From positions 62,001 through 126,000 of the forward strand of contig JAPMXV010000009.1 in NCBI GenBank assembly GCA_026936335.1: a DNA stretch of 64,000 nucleotides, in the 5' to 3' direction. Under the pieces are notes generated by a model that did no database searches, had not been told where the DNA came from, and worked only from the letters and a program-made list of their open reading frames with translations. A program made the translations under genes and the position numbers. The DNA comes from Mantamonas sphyraenae STR306. Lineage: Eukaryota; Protista; CRuMs. This document shows positions 57,833 to 64,000 of the stretch, piece by piece; positions within the stretch are counted from its first letter, which is position 1; every line of letters begins with the position of its first letter.

Positions 57833-59272
57833 TCAAAGCACCTCCAGAATAATCCCCAGGATGGCCATGCGCACATACAAGCCTCGCTGCACGTTGGTGA
57901 AGTAGACGGCGCGCGGGTCGTTGTCGACAAGCGGGTCGACTTCGACGTTGCGTGGCAACGGATGCATGAGAATCATGTCCTGCTTGGCCAGCTGCATGGT
58001 TTCCGGAGTGACTGTAAACGTATGTTTCACCGCGTGGTATGCATGCGGCGTCTCGTAGCGCTCCTTGTACATGCGCGTGGCGTACACCACGTCGGATTCG
58101 GGCAGAAACTTTTCCAAGTTGTCTCCCAGCGTGACATCCGTGTTGCTATGCTTCAGATCGGCCATCAGCTCCGCAGGCGGCTCCTGGCTCACAGGGTACA
58201 CCATGTTGAACTTCACGTCGTAGTTCTTCAGGATCTTGATGAACGAGTGCGCCGCACGTGCGTTCTTCAGGTCCCCAAACACAGTCACCACCTTGCCGTC
58301 GATGCTTCCCAGCTCTCGCTTGATCGTGTATGCGTCTGTGATTGCCTGGGTCGGGTGTTCGCCCGTGCCGTCGCCGCAGTTGATCACAGGGATGTCCAGA
58401 ATCTCGGACGCCCGCTTCGCCGCCCCTGCGTCCGGGTGGCGCAGGCAGATGATGTCTGACAACCGTTCCATCACCTTGCACTTGTCCTCAAACGACTCTT
58501 CGCGCTCGTCCGGCTCCACAGAGTGCACATCCACCACGTCGCCTGCCAAGTTGTATGCGTCAGCGGCCCCACCATCCATCACCCGCCTTTGGCCCTCTTT
58601 TCCTTTGCCCCCGCTTCACCACCGTCCCTCACTCACCTCCCAGTGTCTGCATGGCCACCGTAAACGACGCCTTGGTGCGCAGCGACGGTTCAAAGAACAT
58701 TGTCGACAGCTGCATCCCGTCCAGAATGGACGACTTGCCCGTCGAGTTGACGATCTTGCGCATTCTGTCCGCCACTGTCGCCGGTAGGCATGTTTTTGCC
58801 TTTGTGTGAGTCCATGCCACGCACTCCCTTCCCACCCGCCCTCCAAATGTGTCTCCTGCCTCCTCTGTGTCTCTGTGTCCTCAAACGCCTCGCCCCTTCC
58901 CCTCACCGTTCATGATGTGGTCAATGTCCTCGCGCGTAAACTGGCTCGCGGTGAGGATGTCCTTAAACTGCCCTCACAGCGCACACTCGTACGTGTCAGC
59001 AAACACACAGTGGGAAATACAACACACACGCAGTGCGTATGGGTTGCGCCAACCTCAAAAAAACCTACACGCAGTTGCACGTGATGGTACGGTGTGGCGT
59101 AGCCGCGTGTGCTCTGACCCAGCCCCGCCTGCACGCGCTCCACCACTCCCGCATGTGCTCCTTCCTCCTCTGCGTTGGTCGTCCTTTGATGATACAATGT
59201 GCTGTTCATTGCTGCCCTGCTGCTGCTGCTGCCTAGCATGCGTCGTCCAGACTTGCTTACCCGGCCAAACAT
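57833..59272 (-). CDS. Stand-alone aspartate carbamoyltransferase-like protein, divergent, with presequence-like N-terminus
   Basis: FFEPSLRT, LRHP, INCGDGTGEHPTQ, GDLK and MHPLPR motifs. Introns 59053-58968, 58906-58775 and 58636-58543 give a continuous frame. Confidence 0.85.
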
Positions 59273-60783
59273 TCTTCTGCCTGTTTGTGTTTTGCCTCTG
59301 CCTGCGCACCTGCCTCACCCCCTTCACTTCCCTCCTTCCCTTGCTTGTTTCGGCTCTTTGCTTTTTTGCTGTGTGGTAGGAATCCCTTCCTGCTGCTGCT
59401 TCTGCCGCTGCTGCTGCTCGTCTTCTGCGCTTCCTGACTCAGGAACCGCTTTTCCACAGACGCCAGCAGCTCTGCCGTACGCGATTGCGACTGCGACTGC
59501 GACTGCGACTGCGACTGCTGTTGTTCGCCCAACACGCGTCGCAACGGCGTGTGTGACTTGCTGCTGCCGCTGTTTGTGCTCGCCTCGCCAGCTGGCGGTG
59601 TCTTTTCCGAGCTGTCCACCCTGCGTCGTGGCTTTGTCACCGGCGACGACACCTCTGCACCCGCAGACCCTGGTCCCGGCTTCTTCTGCACTCCATTCGT
59701 GTCAAACTCCACACGGGCAAACACCCACGGAGCTTTCACTTGCGCCTGAGGCGACACAGCCTCACCAAGGTCCTCTCCTCTCCCCACGCCCTCCCCGTCC
59801 TTCCTTTCCTTCGTTGCATGCCCATCTCCCTCCCCAATGACTTGTTTCGTCTCCTCCAATCCTTCTCCATCCGCCTCCTTCCCCACCTTCTTCCTCTTCT
59901 TGCGTCGCTTCTTCTTCTCCTTCTTCTCCTTCTTCTCCTTCCTCTCCTTCCTCTCCTTCTTGCCCTCCCCGCCCATCCTCGAGCCCTCATTTGCCGCCGC
60001 ACCCACGCCCAAACTCATCGTGCTGCTGCCGCTCACCACCGTCTCCGTGGCAAGCAGAGTCGCTCCCAGGGGAGCAATCACCAGCCCTCCCACACTTCCT
60101 TTGCCATTCCCCTGCGCCATTCCGCCCAACAAGGGCATGCCGTGTCCCTGTGTGCCCGATAGGGGCTGCACAAGCTCTGCATGCTCTGGCCCAGAGTGCT
60201 GACCACCCTGCATTTCCACCGCGTACTTCTGGGCACTCTTGTGCTTTCCAAACACAGACGGGAGGGACTTGATGCCACCCACGCCTGCTTTCTGTGCACG
60301 CGTTTCACCCTCTTCCCTCGCATCCAATCCTCGCATGTCCAGACTCTGAGCAAACGCGTGCGAAGCTCGGTGCTTCTGCCTCGCCTTTCTCTTTGTCTTC
60401 CTCTCCCCCCTTTCCCTGGTCTTTTTCTCCTGCGCCTGCTGCTGTGTGCGCTGCTCCTCCTCCAGTCGCTCCAGCACACCCAGCGTCTGCGTGTCCACTT
60501 TCCCCGTGCTATCCTGCGCTACACCGCCGCCCATCTTGCCGCCCTCCTGCTCTTTCTCCACTCCCATCTTCCGCAGCGTGCCTTTGCGATGCACTCCCAT
60601 GGCCACCAACACGCCTGCAGACACCTCCTGCTCCTCCTCCCGCCTCTCATCCTCGCCTCTGTGTCGACGCTCCATGTGCTGCAGTCCATGCAACGCCTTC
60701 CCGCCCCGTATCGCCGACCCTGTGGATTGCAGCAAACGAACAACGCGATCGTCGTCATCGTCGTCCTTTCCCTTTTGTTGCAT
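59257..60783 (-). CDS. Hypothetical low-complexity, K/E/G/S-rich protein (5' end uncertain; may splice to upstream exons)
   Basis: About 508-codon ORF with a basic KKEKKKRRKKRKK cluster and a QS repeat. Confidence 0.5.
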   Translation of the reverse strand: MQQKGKDDDDDDRVVRLLQSTGSAIRGGKALHGLQHMERRHRGEDERREEEQEVSAGVLVAMGVHRKGTLRKMGVEKEQEGGKMGGGVAQDSTGKVDTQTLGVLERLEEEQRTQQQAQEKKTRERGERKTKRKARQKHRASHAFAQSLDMRGLDAREEGETRAQKAGVGGIKSLPSVFGKHKSAQKYAVEMQGGQHSGPEHAELVQPLSGTQGHGMPLLGGMAQGNGKGSVGGLVIAPLGATLLATETVVSGSSTMSLGVGAAANEGSRMGGEGKKERKERKEKKEKKEKKKRRKKRKKVGKEADGEGLEETKQVIGEGDGHATKERKDGEGVGRGEDLGEAVSPQAQVKAPWVFARVEFDTNGVQKKPGPGSAGAEVSSPVTKPRRRVDSSEKTPPAGEASTNSGSSKSHTPLRRVLGEQQQSQSQSQSQSQSRTAELLASVEKRFLSQEAQKTSSSSGRSSSRKGFLPHSKKAKSRNKQGKEGSEGGEAGAQAEAKHKQAEECLAG

Positions 60784-61001
60784 TCCCTTTTTGTGCCCAA
60801 AACCCAAACAACAACACGCCTCACAGAATCACACACGCACAGCCTTGCCCCGTCTCGCGCTTGCCCTCCTCTCCTCCCTCCTTGCCCACGGCCTTGCTGA
60901 TCACCTCTTCCTCCCTTTGATCGGGCATCAGCAGCCCAAAGCTGTTCACTCGCTGCGTGAAACTCTCTGACGCCACGCTGCTCCGCATGATCATCGGCGA
61001 G

Positions 61002-62702
61002 CTACGCAAGGGCGTGCTCATCCTGCGCACCCTGCCCACCCCTGTGTTGTTGTTGCTGTTGTTGTTTGTTGTTGTTCCCGTCTGTCCCCGACCCGCTTGC
61101 TTTTCCTCCCAATCCACTCTCCTTGATTGCCCTTTCCCTTTCCCTGGCCCTTGCCTGTGCCTCCATCACCGCCGCCTGCATCGCCGTCGATTGCGCACTC
61201 GTGTTTGTCGACGATCGCATCTTTCGGCTCGCTGCCACAGACACATACGCCTCTGCACTTTGTCCCACCGCCTGTGCAATCGATTCCTTGCCGCTTCGTC
61301 CCTGCACCCACTTCCCCGGCGGCGCACACGCCATCCGGCCCGTACGCGCATGCATGGTATCCAGATTGTCCAGGAAATAAAATGAAAACAGCATAAACTG
61401 CGCCAGGTCCAGCACAGCGTCCTCCTCCGTCCCAAACAGCTCTCGAAGCGTCGTGTACCCTTCCCGCCGCGGGATGCCAAACATCGACACCCACGTCAGA
61501 AACTGCGGCATCATCACGCACTCGTCCCGCGCAAGATGTCGCTCCTGCAAATATGTATACTTGTGCACACTCATCATGTCAATCCGCCCGGCTATCATCT
61601 CAAACACCTCCTGGCCGTGCCGATGTCTGTCGTTGCCCGAATTTTTTGGGCGGGAGACGATATGAGTGTCAGCACTTTCCCACCTTCCCCCACGCACGCA
61701 TCGTTGCTCCCACACCCTCGCGCAACTCACAGGAAAAGCGTGCGTTGCCGCGATGCACTTGCACACAGCATGGCAATTGCCACAAACGTCTGCTGCAGTG
61801 TCAGGTATCCGGACGACCGCGAGTCTGCGAGGGGGGTGTTTGTGTGAGCCGTTTTGCCGCTTTTTCCACCTCGCCCCTGCCCTTCTCCTCGTCTCCATGG
61901 GCCTCTGTCACACACGTGCACATGCACACGCCTGCATGGCCCTGTCTCCTCCCTGCTCCGCCCACTTACCGAGCAGATCAAACACGTCCATGATCTGAAA
62001 ATCGTGCAGATTGGTCATCTGCTGCATCAGCTCTACAAACCCCACCTCGCTCAGCCCGTACCGAGGATCCTCCACCGTGTGAAACCATTTCATCACCTGC
62101 AGACGCGACGTTTTGCTGTATAATGAGTCGTAAACCGTCTGTTCGTCCTTCGATCGCTCTTCCCTGTCCAGTTTTTCCTTCGCTCCGTCGTCCTGGGGCC
62201 CGTTGCCTCCACTTCCATTCCCGCTCCCGGCCCCGCTCCCTGTGCCCGCCGAGCCGTCCCCTTCTTCCCCCGTTGTTGTTCGATACTTGGCACTGCTCGA
62301 CCCTATCCTCGACCGCAGCACCCCTGCCGACGTGCGTCCTCCGTGTCCGCTATCGTCCCCGTCGCCTCCTCCGTCCCTCGATGAGGAACCACCCGGTGAC
62401 GCCCCGGCCCCAGCACTGCCTACTCCCACACCCGATCCGTTGCTCCCTGCCTTGTTCCCTCCCATGCCCACACTCATGCTCATGCTCATGCCGATGCTCT
62501 CGCTACGCCTCCGCTTCAGCAGTGGCGACAACTCTCCTCCGCCAGGCTGTCCGCCATCCCCCCCTTCGTCCGCAGGCGTCAACGAATACCGCCGTTGCCG
62601 CTCCCACGGCCGTAGTGCATACGTCCGCTCCAACACATCCGCCTCCTCCTGTTCGTTCAACTGCTGGATGATCGAGGTGACAAACTCAAGTTGCACCTCC
62701 AT
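61002..62702 (-). CDS. EF-hand protein with an EFCAB9-like domain, multi-exon
   Basis: Spliced product GLSEVGFVELMQQMTNLHDFQIMDVFDLL|DSRSSGYLTLQQTFVAIAMLC...FL|HRHGQEVFEMI...LDLAQFMLFSFYFLD is collinear with EFCAB9 as I recall it. Introns 61969-61825 and about 61729-61627. Confidence 0.65.
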
Positions 62703-62817
62703 CTCCTGCGCGTCTTCTTTGCACAGGCTGGCGCAGCCTCCCACCACCTACCCAAGATCCACACACTCCCTTCCTCACGCCATCCCATGGTCCACACACT
62801 CTCTCTCTTCTTTTTTT

Positions 62818-64000
62818 TTATGCTTCGTCTTGCTCCTCCTCCTCTTCCTCGTCGTCTTCCGGAGGTGGCGGCGGAGGAGCCTCGTCCTCCCCAGCACCCG
62901 CGCTCCCGCTGCTGCTCCCTGCGCCTGTGCTCTCCTCTGCCCCCTTGCCCTTCTTGATCACCACCTCGCCACGCAGGTACGGCTCCAATTCCTTGCACAG
63001 ATCCGCGTAACCCTGCATCATGCCCTGCTGCAGCAAGTCCGCCTTGCCCACGTACTCTTCGTTCAGCGCCAAGCCATCCTTGCATGCGTCCAGGAACGCC
63101 ACAAACTGGTTCGTCAGCTCTTCCACCAGTTCCGGCGGGTTCGGGTTGTTGGCCAGTCCCAGGAACGACTCGGCGATTTCCATCGAGCCTGCGTTGACCG
63201 TAATCAGCACGGAGCCCTGCAGACTTTGCTGCAACGTCACAATGTTGGCCTTGGTTGTGTTGGCAATGTCCTTGCGGATTTTCAGCACACGATCTCGGAT
63301 GGCTTCGATTCCCACCTCGATCGGCTGCATCTCCACGCTGCTCTTGCTCGTGATGCGCAGTCGCTTCTTCATGTACGGGAACGACGTCTCGGTGCTCAGA
63401 ATCGTCTTGCGCTTCCACTGCTCTGACGTCGGGCCTTGCGTCTTGCCGCTCAGCGTAAACGGCGTCACGTACTCAAACTGCGTCAGGTTCGTGCCCCGCT
63501 CGTAGATCGTCTGCCGGTTGCGCTCCTCCATCGGATCGTGATGCGGCGTCATCGCCGTAATCTGCAGGTACAGCTTGTCCGGATTCAGTTTCGATCGGTC
63601 CACGTCTCGCGAGTCCGGCAGCACCTCCACGTTCTCCTCACCGTACTTGCCGTAGAACACCGTCTTCAGCCGCTCCGACAGCTCAAACAGATGCGTCAGT
63701 TTCGGTTCCTTGTAGATAAACTCGGTGCCGTCCAGCTGGCCGCACAGCGCACCGTAGAAGCCCACACGGTAGTACTTGCCCAGCAGACGAGACTCGGTCG
63801 CTTCCCCCTGCACAATGTCCAGGAAGCACTGCTGCAGGTCCGCGTGGGCGTCCGCAAGTTCTTGGAACATGCGCAGCCGTTCGTACAGCGGCAGCAGGAT
63901 CTTGTACACGTCGTTTGCCTTTTCCATCAGCCCTGCGGCCTTGAAGTGCTCGATGCACTGGCGCAGCAGGTTCATCAGTCCCTCCTTGCTGAAGTACTTG
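62818..64000 (-). CDS. DOCK-family Rho GEF (DOCK-C/D, zizimin-like), C-terminal DHR-2 domain; 5' part beyond the window
   Basis: YYRVGFYG, EFIYKEP, KRKTIL...SFPYMKKR and LQGSV...VNAG motifs. Confidence 0.95.
   Translation of the reverse strand, partial: KYFSKEGLMNLLRQCIEHFKAAGLMEKANDVYKILLPLYERLRMFQELADAHADLQQCFLDIVQGEATESRLLGKYYRVGFYGALCGQLDGTEFIYKEPKLTHLFELSERLKTVFYGKYGEENVEVLPDSRDVDRSKLNPDKLYLQITAMTPHHDPMEERNRQTIYERGTNLTQFEYVTPFTLSGKTQGPTSEQWKRKTILSTETSFPYMKKRLRITSKSSVEMQPIEVGIEAIRDRVLKIRKDIANTTKANIVTLQQSLQGSVLITVNAGSMEIAESFLGLANNPNPPELVEELTNQFVAFLDACKDGLALNEEYVGKADLLQQGMMQGYADLCKELEPYLRGEVVIKKGKGAEESTGAGSSSGSAGAGEDEAPPPPPPEDDEEEEEEQDEA

Noticed and set aside
58543-58636. Apparent insertion MDGGAADAYNLA in the ATCase-like ORF
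   Set aside because: It is better explained as part of a 94-bp intron (GTGAGT...GCTGAC...CAG) that restores LGGDVV.

Overview
Gene-dense nuclear DNA of a eukaryotic microbe, probably a flagellated phagotrophic protist. Evidence: many ~75-200 bp GT-AG introns with CTGAC/CTAAC-type branch points, plus CCDC39, a DOCK GEF, an RCC1-BTB protein and a PPR protein. I find about 25 protein-coding genes with very short intergenic gaps, and no rRNA, tRNA, CRISPR array or transposon. Most notable: (i) an intron-containing B12-dependent class II ribonucleotide reductase with a mitochondrial-type presequence, head-to-head (ATGs 14 bp apart) with a ~2380-aa NLR-like protein (TM, SAM, two split Schlafen/AlbA_2-like domains, degenerate STAND NTPase, TPR); (ii) a gene missing from the ORF track at the left edge, built from repeats of [UBA-like domain + five AYAxQTFxM motifs]; (iii) a ~3760-aa surface protein with near-identical 1908-bp Ig/cadherin-like repeats and a ~460-aa ERKEQERRDA stalk; (iv) an operon-like ATGA stop/start overlap; (v) a divergent stand-alone ATCase-like enzyme and an EFCAB9-like protein. 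All domain calls come from motif recognition by eye; no database search was run.
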